Source: an uncultured Clostridia bacterium
GTDB taxonomy: Bacteria > Bacillota > Clostridia > Oscillospirales > Acutalibacteraceae
Length of the DNA: 27,202 nucleotides
Direction: 5' to 3'
NCBI GenBank assembly: GCA_944384865.1
Contig: CALWVC010000001.1
Location: 1 to 27,202 of the forward strand
Part shown: one piece after another, positions 1 to 9,074 of the stretch
Layout of the letters: the number at the start of each line of letters is the position of its first letter
Numbering within the stretch: the first letter of the stretch is position 1
Translations under genes and position numbers: made by a program
The notes under the pieces: model-generated
What the model saw: the letters and a program-made list of their open reading frames with translations, nothing else
Database searches by the model: none
Told to the model about the DNA's origin: nothing

Positions 1-527
1 GTTTTAATATTGACTTTTTTGATGAAAGCAAAGCCGTAAATGCCGCCGTTTAGTACGGCTGTCAGCGTATAGCCCGGAAAATATGGCCCGGTTGGGAACA
101 GAATCGCGCCTAAAAAATCAGAAACGCCGCTTAAGATCATGCACTCGGCCGGGCCGAGCAGCATGGCGCAAAACACCAGCGGAATAAAAGCAAAGCTGAA
201 TTTGGTAAATGGCGTTTGAATGGAAAGCATACGGGAGAACACAATTTTTACCGCAATCAGCATGGCCAGTAAAACCAGGTTGTTGACGGTCAGTCTGTTT
301 TTAGCCGACAGTTTTCCAACCATTAGAAACAGTGGGACAAACAAAACTAAAAAAGCCATGACTGTTACAGGCGACCACACGCTGTCAGAAAGCAGGCCGG
401 TATATGCTTCCAACAGGAATAACGCGACAGTCAGAAAAGCGGCGTAAAGGATACAGATGCTGGTGAACAACACTTTTTGTTTTATGGTTTTGGGCGAATA
501 GGCGGATGCTTTTTTAAAAACAGACAT
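1..527 (-). CDS. folT: Folate-family ECF transporter S component, 3'-truncated by window edge, with N-terminal extension
   Basis: Not in the ORF track. Manual translation from ATG at 527 (AGGAG at 540-536) is open to the window edge: MSVFKK...LTVNNLVLLAMLIAVKIVFSRMLSIQTPFTKFSFAFIPLVFCAMLLGPAECMILSGVSDFLGAILFPTGPYFPGYTLTAVLNGGIYGF. This reads like FolT (GP...DxLGxxLFPxGPYFPGYTL) and lies directly downstream of a THF riboswitch. Confidence 0.9.
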   Translation of the reverse strand, partial: MSVFKKASAYSPKTIKQKVLFTSICILYAAFLTVALFLLEAYTGLLSDSVWSPVTVMAFLVLFVPLFLMVGKLSAKNRLTVNNLVLLAMLIAVKIVFSRMLSIQTPFTKFSFAFIPLVFCAMLLGPAECMILSGVSDFLGAILFPTGPYFPGYTLTAVLNGGIYGFAFIKKVNIK

Positions 528-534
528 ACAAAAA

Positions 535-574
535 ACTCCTTATCATTTAAATTTTCGCTGAAATAATAAGGAGC
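535..574 (-). promoter_or_regulatory. Riboswitch expression platform: anti-SD hairpin sequestering the folT RBS
   Basis: Minus-strand GCUCCUUAU (574-566) is complementary to AUAAGGAGU (543-535), which contains the SD (9 bp, one G-U). Confidence 0.7.
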
Positions 575-598
575 TTTTGAAAAGCAGGTCATTATTTA

Positions 599-695
599 AC
601 AGCGGGATGCGAATTGTGTACCGCAAGATCAATCTTTTCGTTTCCGCGACAACTCCCCGTTCGCAGAACACTTAACGCACACAACTCTACTCTGT
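599..695 (-). ncRNA. THF (tetrahydrofolate) riboswitch aptamer
   Basis: Minus strand reads ACAGAGUAGAGUUGUGUGCGUUAAGUGUUCUGCGAACGGGGAGUUGUCGCGGAAACGAAAAGAUUGAUCUUGCGGUACACAAUUCGCAUCCCGCUGU. It has the THF-class hallmarks AGAGUAG, GCGUUAAGUG, GGGA..UUG, ACGAA, GCGGU, GCAUCC(C)GCUG, and sits upstream of folT. Confidence 0.92.
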
Positions 696-710
696 ATGTT
701 GTACAGCCGT

Positions 711-739
711 ATTATAGCATGTTTTTCTACAATCGTCAA
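711..739 (-). promoter_or_regulatory. Sigma-A promoter for riboswitch-folT
   Basis: Minus strand TTGACG (739-734), 17-bp spacer, TATAAT (716-711) with extended -10 TG. Confidence 0.85.
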
Positions 740-861
740 TGGGGAATTCGTTTTTATGAAAAAAATACTTTATTTCTGGCGTCAGATCGTGTAATATATA
801 AAAATATATGAACCTATTCATCGTAAATTTATAGTATGTTTACAAATCTTTCGTATGGGTT

Positions 862-875
862 TGTTATGATAAAAT
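862..875 (+). promoter_or_regulatory. Possible extended -10 promoter for the ABC operon
   Basis: TGtTATGAT (862-870) overlapping TGaTAAAAT (867-875); no well-spaced -35. Confidence 0.45.
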
Positions 876-904
876 AGGTGATTACCGAAAACGGAGGGAT
901 ATGG

Positions 905-1909
905 ATGATCGAGGTAAAAAACCTCACGAAAAAGTATGGCAGTCATCTGGCCGTAGACGATATATCGTTCAGCGTAAACGACGGCGAGATTTTAGGGTTT
1001 CTGGGCCCAAACGGCGCCGGGAAATCCACAACGATGAATATTTTAACGGGCTGTCTGTCGGCTACTGCGGGCAGCACCACCATCGATGGGTTTGATGTGC
1101 TGACCGATCCTTTTGAGGCCAAACGCAAGCTGGGTTATCTGCCGGAGCAGCCGCCGCTGTATCCGGATATGACGGTTAGAGAATATCTGGGGTTTATATA
1201 TGATCTGAAAAAGGTAAAAATGCCCAAAGGGCCGCATATTGCGGAGATTTGCCGACTGGTTAAGATTCAGGAGGTTTATCACCGGCTGATTAAATATCTT
1301 TCCAAAGGCTATAAACAGCGGGTGGGGATTGCACAGGCGCTGATCGGCAATCCGCGGGTTTTGATTTTGGACGAGCCGACCGTCGGGCTGGATCCGAAAC
1401 AGATTATTGAAATCCGTAATTTGATCCGAATGCTGGGTAAGACACATACGGTGATTTTGAGTTCACATATTTTGCCGGAAGTGCAGGCGGTATGCGACCG
1501 GGTTGTGGTGATCAACAAGGGACGGATCATTGCAGACGATACGCCGGATCATTTGTCGGCGAATTTATCCGACGATCATTCGCTGTCACTGATTTTAGAA
1601 GCGGATAAGAAAAAGGCAATGGACGCCATTCAGGCGTTAAGCGGTGTGAAATCGGTTTCTTATGTGCGTTCTCACGGCGAGAATGCCAATGAGTTTGTGG
1701 TGGATCCGGTTGTAGGCTATGACATCCGTAAACCGCTGTTTGAACTGATGCGCGACAAAGACTGGGCGGTGCTGCAGCTTCGGAGCAACCAGATGTCGCT
1801 GGAGGATATTTTCCTGCGGCTGACGGATGATACTACCGATACCGCTGTGCTGGAACGGTCGTTAAAACGGCGCAAGGAGCAGAATGAACAGGAGGGGGCG
1901 CAGGAATGA
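905..1909 (+). CDS. ABC-2 type transporter ATP-binding protein (GldA-like)
   Basis: Walker A GPNGAGKST, signature LSKGYKQ, Walker B ILDEP, H-loop SSH, extra C-terminal domain. ATG 905 follows GGAGGG, preferred over the track start at 878. Confidence 0.92.
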   Translation: MIEVKNLTKKYGSHLAVDDISFSVNDGEILGFLGPNGAGKSTTMNILTGCLSATAGSTTIDGFDVLTDPFEAKRKLGYLPEQPPLYPDMTVREYLGFIYDLKKVKMPKGPHIAEICRLVKIQEVYHRLIKYLSKGYKQRVGIAQALIGNPRVLILDEPTVGLDPKQIIEIRNLIRMLGKTHTVILSSHILPEVQAVCDRVVVINKGRIIADDTPDHLSANLSDDHSLSLILEADKKKAMDAIQALSGVKSVSYVRSHGENANEFVVDPVVGYDIRKPLFELMRDKDWAVLQLRSNQMSLEDIFLRLTDDTTDTAVLERSLKRRKEQNEQEGAQE

Positions 1910-2631
1910 AAGCGATTATCAAACGGGAATTGAAGGCTTATTTTACCTCTCCGCTGGGGTATGCAGTGTTGACGGTGTTGGCCTTTTTCTTTGGAATCTT
2001 TTATACGATGTATTTGAAAAACGGTTCGGCAGATATGACCAATGTATTATATTTGATGGTGCTTGCACTGTTTGTGGTTATTCCGCTGTTGACAATGCGG
2101 CTGCTGGCCAATGAACGGCGGCAAAAAACCGATCAGTTGCTGATGTCGGCGCCGGTTAATATCAGTATGATCGTGTTGGGCAAGTTTTTTGCCGCGTTGC
2201 TGTTTTTCTGTGTGTTTTTTGTGGAAGTAATTGTTTTTAATTTTGTATATCTGTTTTTCGGTGCAACGATTGACTGGCTAGTGTTTTTGGGAAATATCCT
2301 TGGAATGTTGTTTTTGAGCGCGGCGCTTATTACAATTGGCCTTTTTATCAGTGCGTTGACTGAGGACCAGGTGGTAGCTGCGATTGCGACTTATGGGATC
2401 TCTTTGATTTTACTGTTTATGAATTTCTTTATGGATATATTCAGTATGATTACCTCTATCACTGTTCCTACGGCAGTAAGCGAAGCTTTTGATTGGATTT
2501 GTTTTTATACGCGCTATCAGAGTTTCACACAAGGAATTTTTGATTTGACCAATATTACGTTTTTTATCAGTGTGATCGCGGTTTTTCTGTTTATGACGGT
2601 ACGGGTTGTCGACAGAAAACGTTGGGCTTAA
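1906..2631 (+). CDS. ABC-2 type permease (GldF-like)
   Basis: About 6 hydrophobic segments, KRELKAYFxSP N-terminus, TMRLLAxERRQKTDQLL motif; ATGA overlap with the ATPase. Confidence 0.88.
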   Translation: MKAIIKRELKAYFTSPLGYAVLTVLAFFFGIFYTMYLKNGSADMTNVLYLMVLALFVVIPLLTMRLLANERRQKTDQLLMSAPVNISMIVLGKFFAALLFFCVFFVEVIVFNFVYLFFGATIDWLVFLGNILGMLFLSAALITIGLFISALTEDQVVAAIATYGISLILLFMNFFMDIFSMITSITVPTAVSEAFDWICFYTRYQSFTQGIFDLTNITFFISVIAVFLFMTVRVVDRKRWA

Positions 2632-2644
2632 AGGAGGACGCGAC

Positions 2645-4420
2645 ATGGAACAGGAAAAGAAGATCTCTACACAGCATACGGAATCTGAAACGACGGAATC
2701 CGCTGTGGAAAATCAGGAGACAACAGCTGTGGCTGCTGCTAGCCAACAGGATGTTGCTGCTGGCCAAGAGGAGGTTGTTGATTCCGGAAAAAATCAAAGT
2801 CACAAACATGACAAGAAACACAGACAAGGTAAATCAAAAAAAAGCAAAGATTCAAATCAGCTCCCGTTTTACAAGCGGCCGGGTTTTAAATATTCTACAT
2901 TGTCTACCGTGCTGGTGGTTATCTTTATCGTTTGTGTGGTGGGCGTAAATGTTCTGGCGTCTTTTGTATCAGAACGGTTTAATCTGGATCTGGATTTGAC
3001 AGCTTCCGGAGATTATACGCTTACAGAAGAAAACGTTGAATATGTCAGAAATCTGAACAAGCCGGTAGTCATCACCGTTTCCACCACGGAAGATGCGTAT
3101 ACTGAAGGAACTTATCTAAATTTGGTGCAGTCCACCTATTACTGTCAGGATCCTACGGGCGGCCGGTATTTTAAACAGGCTATCGAACTTCTGAAAAACT
3201 ATGCAAAAGTGAATTCGAATATTACTGTGCAGTTTGTAGACAGCACTTCGCCGGCTTTTTATGAATATCAAGACCGGTTTAATAACAGTGTTGTCTATGG
3301 AGATATTATTGTAGAGTGCACGGAAAATGAAAAATACAAGATTTTAGGGCTGGAGGATCTGTATGAGATCCAGTCGTCGTCCTCCTCTTATATGGATATG
3401 TATTATGGAGGCAGCTATTATATTTCCGGCTCCATGGTTGAAACAGCGGTCACCTCAGCGCTGAGCTATGTTAATTCTGATGAAACCGATGTGATGACCA
3501 TTATTGAGGGCTATAATACCAACGAGCAGGTGGTATCGGTATTTCAGCAGTATTATCAGAGTCAGAACTATTTATGTCAGACGATTCAGAATCTGACGGC
3601 CTCAAACATCCCGGAGGATACTGATATTCTGGTGATGTTAGCGCCGACGACTGATCTGACTGACGACGAGATCAAGAAGATCGACGAATTTTTGGTCAAT
3701 GACGGCGCGTATGGTAAGCATCTGCTGTATTTTGCCTCTCCGGATCAGCGTAATACGCCGAATCTGGACGCTTTGCTCAGGGAATGGGGGATTGAATGCG
3801 GCAGCGGCACTGTATATGAGACGGATACGGATAATTCTCTGGCGATGTATGGTGCGACCTCTCAAAAGCTGGAGGTGGCTGTCGAAGACGGCGCTTATAC
3901 CGACAATTTGTCTGACCGGGATGTTTATGGCCTGCTGCAGCGTCCGGTGACGGCCCTGTTTCAGGAAATGGGTAAATATACGGTCACAGAACTGTTGAAG
4001 ACGTCGGAAACCTCGACGATTATGCCGATTGACGCAGATATCAATACCTGGCAGCCGGCAGATGACGCAGTGTATGAATATTATGACGCCATGGTGTTGT
4101 CCACCTATTCTACCGGTGATCATACCGGAGAACAGGAGCAGTTGCAGTCTAGCGTGTGTGTGGTAGCAGGTGTATATGACCTGGAGTTTATCAATATGGA
4201 ATCGTATGGGAACGGCCAAATGTTGATGAATGTGACAAATAATATGGTGCGGCGGGATGCCGGCGCGACCTTCTCAGTTGAAAATAAGGCGCTTACAGTC
4301 AATACGGTATCGTTGACAGAATCACAGGGCAATGTGATTTTACTGGTATCTGTAGTAGGCGTCACAGTAGTGGTTCTGGCAACCGGGATTGTGATCTATG
4401 TGCGGAGGAAGAGAAGATAA
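2645..4420 (+). CDS. GldG-like ABC auxiliary membrane protein
   Basis: TM helix followed by DLDLTxxGxYTL, large acidic extracellular domain, C-terminal TM + RRKRR. ATG 2645 follows AGGAGG. Confidence 0.82.
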   Translation: MEQEKKISTQHTESETTESAVENQETTAVAAASQQDVAAGQEEVVDSGKNQSHKHDKKHRQGKSKKSKDSNQLPFYKRPGFKYSTLSTVLVVIFIVCVVGVNVLASFVSERFNLDLDLTASGDYTLTEENVEYVRNLNKPVVITVSTTEDAYTEGTYLNLVQSTYYCQDPTGGRYFKQAIELLKNYAKVNSNITVQFVDSTSPAFYEYQDRFNNSVVYGDIIVECTENEKYKILGLEDLYEIQSSSSSYMDMYYGGSYYISGSMVETAVTSALSYVNSDETDVMTIIEGYNTNEQVVSVFQQYYQSQNYLCQTIQNLTASNIPEDTDILVMLAPTTDLTDDEIKKIDEFLVNDGAYGKHLLYFASPDQRNTPNLDALLREWGIECGSGTVYETDTDNSLAMYGATSQKLEVAVEDGAYTDNLSDRDVYGLLQRPVTALFQEMGKYTVTELLKTSETSTIMPIDADINTWQPADDAVYEYYDAMVLSTYSTGDHTGEQEQLQSSVCVVAGVYDLEFINMESYGNGQMLMNVTNNMVRRDAGATFSVENKALTVNTVSLTESQGNVILLVSVVGVTVVVLATGIVIYVRRKRR

Positions 4421-6162
4421 TGGAGGAGCATAAAAATCTACCGGAATCGCAGGAACCGGATATACAGCAGGATGCTCTGCATATCGACGGCGGCTCGCAG
4501 GCGGATGTTGCGTCTGTTCCTGATACACAGCCAGAGCGGCCTGTGCAGCAGGATGCAGGGTCAGCGTCAGAGAAACGCCGGGATACGGCACCTGTGATTA
4601 TTGAGGAATCTACGATTTTTAATGCGCCGCAGCCGGAAGATGCGCCCAAGCGGCGCAAGAAAAGCGGATATGGCAAGCTGATCGGGCTTCTTACCGGGGG
4701 GTGTCTGGTGCTGGCGTTGGCGATTACGCTGGTGGTTGTGTTCTGGGCGGTTCCGGAATCCGATGTTGCGGATCCGACAGAAACAGAAGCGATTGCGTTG
4801 ATTTCGCTGGAGGCTTCAAATGTCCGGGAACTGGCTGTGCAGAATGCTGCCGGTGGATTTACAATGACGGCGTATCAGACGACAGAGGACACCGATGAAG
4901 ACGGTACCGAGGAAACGGTCACGAAGCTCAAACTGAAAGATTATGATGATATTCCGCAGGATGCCGATGTTAATACGCTGGTTTTGACCAATTTTTGTGC
5001 GTTGGAGGCGGTCAGTCAATTGAGCGGGGACTGGACGGAGGAAAGCTGCGGCTTGTTGAAGCCGGCGGTTACAGCCAGCGCGACTTTGCAGGACGGTGAA
5101 ACCGTTACCTGCAGCCTTGGGAACCAGTCGCCGGACGGATCCGGTTATTACTGCAAGGTTTCCGGAAAAGAGGATATTTATATTGTGGCAACGGATATCT
5201 TCACCTCATTTTCCCAGACAATAGAGGATTTTGTAGATACGCAGATCATTGAAAAAATGGAAGCCGGTAGCGACAGCGACATCTATTTCAGCGGCGGAGA
5301 GCTGGCTCGGTATGATGAAATCCGGCTCTCTGGCAGCAAGTATCCGGCGCCGATTACCTTTGACTATGATTCAACCTCTGAAGTGTTGCTGCGTTATCGC
5401 ATTACTAGTCCGATCAATCGATATGCCAATGATGACAGAATCACAATGCTGTTAGCGCCTTTTACCTCCGGGTTGGATTCTTCAGGCGTTTATAAGCTGC
5501 GGTATTCAGAAGCCGATCTGCAAGAATATGGGATGGATCAGCCCGGTCAGGTCGTTTATTATAAGATCAAAGATCAGGAGTTTACGCTGCGCGTCTCCAG
5601 ATTAAGCGTGAAAGATAACGGATATTATGCTTGTACCATTAACGATGTCCCGGTGATTTATAAGCTTTCTCAAGACGTTTGTGCGTTTTTAGATTATTCA
5701 CTGGACGATTTTCGCAGTGAGAATCTGTTTATCAGTCAGCCGCAATATGTGGATACTTTTTCGGTTACGTTGGATGGTCAAACCACTGTCTATCATATTT
5801 CCACTGAGGAACAAACAGACGAGGATGGCAATGAGACCACCAATATCGTGGTCACGCTGGATGGAGAACGGCTGGATACGGCAAGTTTTCAAAATATGTA
5901 TGCCGGTATTGCGTTGGTGCGGGCGGCAGATTATCTGGAAGATCCGCCAGCCGTGACGGGAGAGCCTTATTTGACGCTACATCTGACCTTTAATAATGGT
6001 TGGGACGATCAGACGCTGCAATTTATAAAATATAATGATCGCTATTATCGATATCTGGAGAATGGCGCCGGAGACGAGCTGATTAACTATATGGTTGTTG
6101 ATCAGTTGGTTGAAAGCATTCGCGATTTTCAGGCGGGTGAAACAGTGCTGTCTCCGGCATAA
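4420..6162 (+). CDS. DUF4340-like membrane-anchored protein
   Basis: Single TM after KRRKK, acidic extracellular region with GL..P and LGNQSPDGSGYY motifs; fourth gene of a Gld-type operon; TAATG coupling. Confidence 0.72.
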   Translation: MEEHKNLPESQEPDIQQDALHIDGGSQADVASVPDTQPERPVQQDAGSASEKRRDTAPVIIEESTIFNAPQPEDAPKRRKKSGYGKLIGLLTGGCLVLALAITLVVVFWAVPESDVADPTETEAIALISLEASNVRELAVQNAAGGFTMTAYQTTEDTDEDGTEETVTKLKLKDYDDIPQDADVNTLVLTNFCALEAVSQLSGDWTEESCGLLKPAVTASATLQDGETVTCSLGNQSPDGSGYYCKVSGKEDIYIVATDIFTSFSQTIEDFVDTQIIEKMEAGSDSDIYFSGGELARYDEIRLSGSKYPAPITFDYDSTSEVLLRYRITSPINRYANDDRITMLLAPFTSGLDSSGVYKLRYSEADLQEYGMDQPGQVVYYKIKDQEFTLRVSRLSVKDNGYYACTINDVPVIYKLSQDVCAFLDYSLDDFRSENLFISQPQYVDTFSVTLDGQTTVYHISTEEQTDEDGNETTNIVVTLDGERLDTASFQNMYAGIALVRAADYLEDPPAVTGEPYLTLHLTFNNGWDDQTLQFIKYNDRYYRYLENGAGDELINYMVVDQLVESIRDFQAGETVLSPA

Positions 6163-6197
6163 ACAAAACGCATCCGCATAACGGCGGTTTTGCGAAG

Positions 6198-6235
6198 ATT
6201 CGCGTGCCCGCGTTATTGGCGGCACGCGAATTTTT
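6198..6235 (+). terminator. Intrinsic terminator of the ABC operon
   Basis: ATTCGCGTGCC (6198-6208) / GGCACGCGAAT (6221-6231), perfect 11-bp stem followed by TTTT. Confidence 0.8.
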
Positions 6236-6466
6236 GTCAAAACGGTTTCTGAAGTGGTATGAATGTGCTATAATTGTTTCAGGAGAGTCAGATGAGAGTA
6301 TGTGTGTATAGCGGTAGCGTGTACAGACCGCTTTCAGACCGGATCTGCAGAAAAGTTTGTTGCGGCCGTATAATGGATTATGAAATAATATGTTCGCTTT
6401 TAAATGTTTGAGCGCTGTTCCTTGCGCTGAAAAGACAGAAAGTGATAGCATTTTTTATATAGGGTA

Positions 6467-6475
6467 TGCTATAAT
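6467..6475 (+). promoter_or_regulatory. Extended -10 promoter upstream of the M16 peptidase run
   Basis: TGcTATAAT, ~33 nt before ATG 6508. Confidence 0.6.
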
Positions 6476-6507
6476 AAATCAGTATGACAGAAAGATGGAG
6501 GAAATTT

Positions 6508-7791
6508 ATGGATCAGGTGAAGATACAGACGCTGTGTGATGGCGTTGAGGGATGCTTTATTGCTGCAAAGCATTTCAAAACGTTTCGGATCAGCATTTCA
6601 TTTTTTGTACCGATGCGGCGGGAAACAGCTGCGGCAAATGCGCTGCTGACGGGAATCCTGACCCGGGCGTCTGCGGAATATCCGGATTTTACTGCGGTTA
6701 ACGCACGGCTGCATGAGCTATATGGGGCATCCATATATGGCAGTGTTTCCAAATTTGGAGATTTGCAGCGGGTGAAATTTGTAATTTCGGCGTTGGATGA
6801 CCGATATACGTTGCAGCAGGAGCAGATTTCAAAACAGGCGGCGGAAATGCTGTTGTCGATGTTGTTTGCGCCGCCGCTGGAGGATGGTCTGTTTCGCCAG
6901 GCTGACTTTGAACGGGAAAAGCGGCTGCTGATTGAAAATATTCAAAGCGAGTTGAATGAAAAGCGCAGTTATGCAATTGCCAGGACAGAGAGTATTGTAT
7001 GTGCCGGCGAGCCTTATGGCATCCCCAAATACGGTATGTTGGAGGATGCACAGGCGCTGACCAACCAGCAGGCGGTGCAGGCCTGGCAGACGCTGCTTGC
7101 ACAGGCGTTTGTGCGGATCAACATTGTGGCAGCACAAGCGCCGCGGGCTGTATATGAGCAGGTTCAACAGCAGTTCGCCGGGATTAAGCGACAGGTATTG
7201 CCGGTCACGCCATATGCGCCGCATCGCAAAAACGCGCAGCTGAAAGAGCAGACAGAGACGATGGATGTGACGCAGGATAAGCTTTGTATGGCGTATTGTA
7301 TGGATGTGGCGTCGGATTTTCAAAATCGGATCATAGCGCGAGTTATGACAGATGTGTTAGGTGGGGGCCCTTATTCGCTGTGTTTTCAGAATGTGCGGGA
7401 AAAGCAGAGTCTCTGTTATTATTGCGCGGCACGGGCCAACACACAAAAAAATATTGTTTTGATCGATAGTGGTGTTTTACCGCAGAACAGCTTACAGGCG
7501 CAGCAGGCAATTGCACAGCAGGTCCAGCTGTTGCAGGACGGGGCGTTTACCGACGAGATGTTACAGGCGTCTAAGATGGCGATCGCTGACTATATGCGCA
7601 CGCTGCAGGATTCTCCGGAGCTGATTGATACCTGGTATGGCAACATGGTGTTTGAAGCACCGGATATAACGTTATCAGCGTATACGGACGCTGTATGGAA
7701 GGTATCCAGACAGCAGGTGATTCAGTTGGCAAAAACGCTGGAATTGGATACGGTATATCAATTGCGCGGGGCTCAAAAGGAGGCGGAGTAA
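6508..7791 (+). CDS. M16 (insulinase) family protein, YmfF-like, probably non-catalytic subunit
   Basis: KHFKTFRISI, LHELYGA, REKQSLCYY motifs; no HXXEH seen. ATG 6508 follows GGAGG. Confidence 0.8.
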   Translation: MDQVKIQTLCDGVEGCFIAAKHFKTFRISISFFVPMRRETAAANALLTGILTRASAEYPDFTAVNARLHELYGASIYGSVSKFGDLQRVKFVISALDDRYTLQQEQISKQAAEMLLSMLFAPPLEDGLFRQADFEREKRLLIENIQSELNEKRSYAIARTESIVCAGEPYGIPKYGMLEDAQALTNQQAVQAWQTLLAQAFVRINIVAAQAPRAVYEQVQQQFAGIKRQVLPVTPYAPHRKNAQLKEQTETMDVTQDKLCMAYCMDVASDFQNRIIARVMTDVLGGGPYSLCFQNVREKQSLCYYCAARANTQKNIVLIDSGVLPQNSLQAQQAIAQQVQLLQDGAFTDEMLQASKMAIADYMRTLQDSPELIDTWYGNMVFEAPDITLSAYTDAVWKVSRQQVIQLAKTLELDTVYQLRGAQKEAE

Positions 7792-9074
7792 TGAAAACAA
7801 TTGTGCAAAACCAGGATTTAAATGAACAATGCGCTGTTTATACGCATAAGTCGGGCTTGAAGGTGTATGTGCAGGAGAAGCCCTTATATTCGTCGGCGTA
7901 TGCGATTTTTGGGACTCGATATGGGTCGATCGACACGACCTTTAAAACAGATAAAGACGCAGATTTTATTACGGTTCCGGAGGGAATCGCGCACTATCTG
8001 GAGCATAAGCTGTTTGAAAGCGAAGATGGAGACGCATTTACGCGTTATGCAAAAACCGGTGCGATGGCTAATGCGTTTACTTCTTTTGACCGGACCTGCT
8101 ATCTGTTTTCCTGTTCTTCTCATTTTGAAGAATCGTTCCGGATTTTGCTGGATTTTGTGCAGCATCCGTTTTTTACCGAAGAAACGGTGCAAAAGGAGCA
8201 GGGGATTATCGGTCAGGAAATCAATATGTATGATGATTCGGCGCCCTGGCGGGTATTGTTTAATCTGTTGGGAGCACTGTATCATAAGCACCCGGTAAAA
8301 ATCGATATTGCCGGCACGGTGGAATCTATTGCAAAAATCAATGCGCCGTTATTATACGACTGTTATAATACCTTTTATAATCTGAACAATATGTTTATTT
8401 GCGTGGCGGGCAATGTGCAGGCAGAGCGGGTGTTTGCGCTGGCAGACGAGCTGTTGAAAGACTGTGAGCCGGTCGAGATTATTCGCGCAGATGTAAAGGA
8501 GCCATATGAAATTGTGAAAAATCGGGCGGAGATCTCGTTGCCGGTGGCGGTACCGCTGTTTGCCATCGGTTATAAGGAGGCGTGCGAGCGCCCGCAGAAA
8601 ACGGTATTGCAGCGCGTGTGTACCGAGTTGGTGATGAACATGCTGCTTGGCAACGATACGCCGCTGTATAAAGATTTGTTCGGAAGCGGATTGATCAATG
8701 AAAATTTCGGCGCTGAATATTTTATCGGCCATGGATATGCAAGTATCATTATTGAGGGAGAGTCTAATCAACCTGAACGTGTTTATGAGGCGATCAACCG
8801 GGAAATTGAGCGGCAGCGCAGTCAGGGATTAGACAAAACTGCTTTTGAACGCGCTAAAAAATCGATGTATGGCGGTTATGTCAGCAACTATAACAATGTG
8901 GAAGATACCGTCATGTCGATGGTAAACGCGGCCTTTTTGCAGGAGGGCGTATTTGATCAGTACAACTGCATCAAACAGGTCACCTATGAACAGGTTTGCG
9001 CGCGGTTTGACGAGATCTTTGATGTGAACAACAGCGCGTTATCTGTCGTCTGGGGGAAGCAGGAGGCGCGATGA
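7791..9074 (+). CDS. M16 family zinc peptidase, YmfH-like
   Basis: YGSID, GIAHYLEHKLFE (inverted HXXEH), NAFTSFDRTCY, EQGIIGQEI. ATG 7791 overlaps the upstream TAA. Confidence 0.88.
   Translation: MKTIVQNQDLNEQCAVYTHKSGLKVYVQEKPLYSSAYAIFGTRYGSIDTTFKTDKDADFITVPEGIAHYLEHKLFESEDGDAFTRYAKTGAMANAFTSFDRTCYLFSCSSHFEESFRILLDFVQHPFFTEETVQKEQGIIGQEINMYDDSAPWRVLFNLLGALYHKHPVKIDIAGTVESIAKINAPLLYDCYNTFYNLNNMFICVAGNVQAERVFALADELLKDCEPVEIIRADVKEPYEIVKNRAEISLPVAVPLFAIGYKEACERPQKTVLQRVCTELVMNMLLGNDTPLYKDLFGSGLINENFGAEYFIGHGYASIIIEGESNQPERVYEAINREIERQRSQGLDKTAFERAKKSMYGGYVSNYNNVEDTVMSMVNAAFLQEGVFDQYNCIKQVTYEQVCARFDEIFDVNNSALSVVWGKQEAR

Noticed and set aside
220-811. Track ORFs 220-447 and 614-811 on the plus strand
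   Set aside because: They are antisense shadows of folT and of the THF riboswitch/promoter; no SD and no recognisable motifs.
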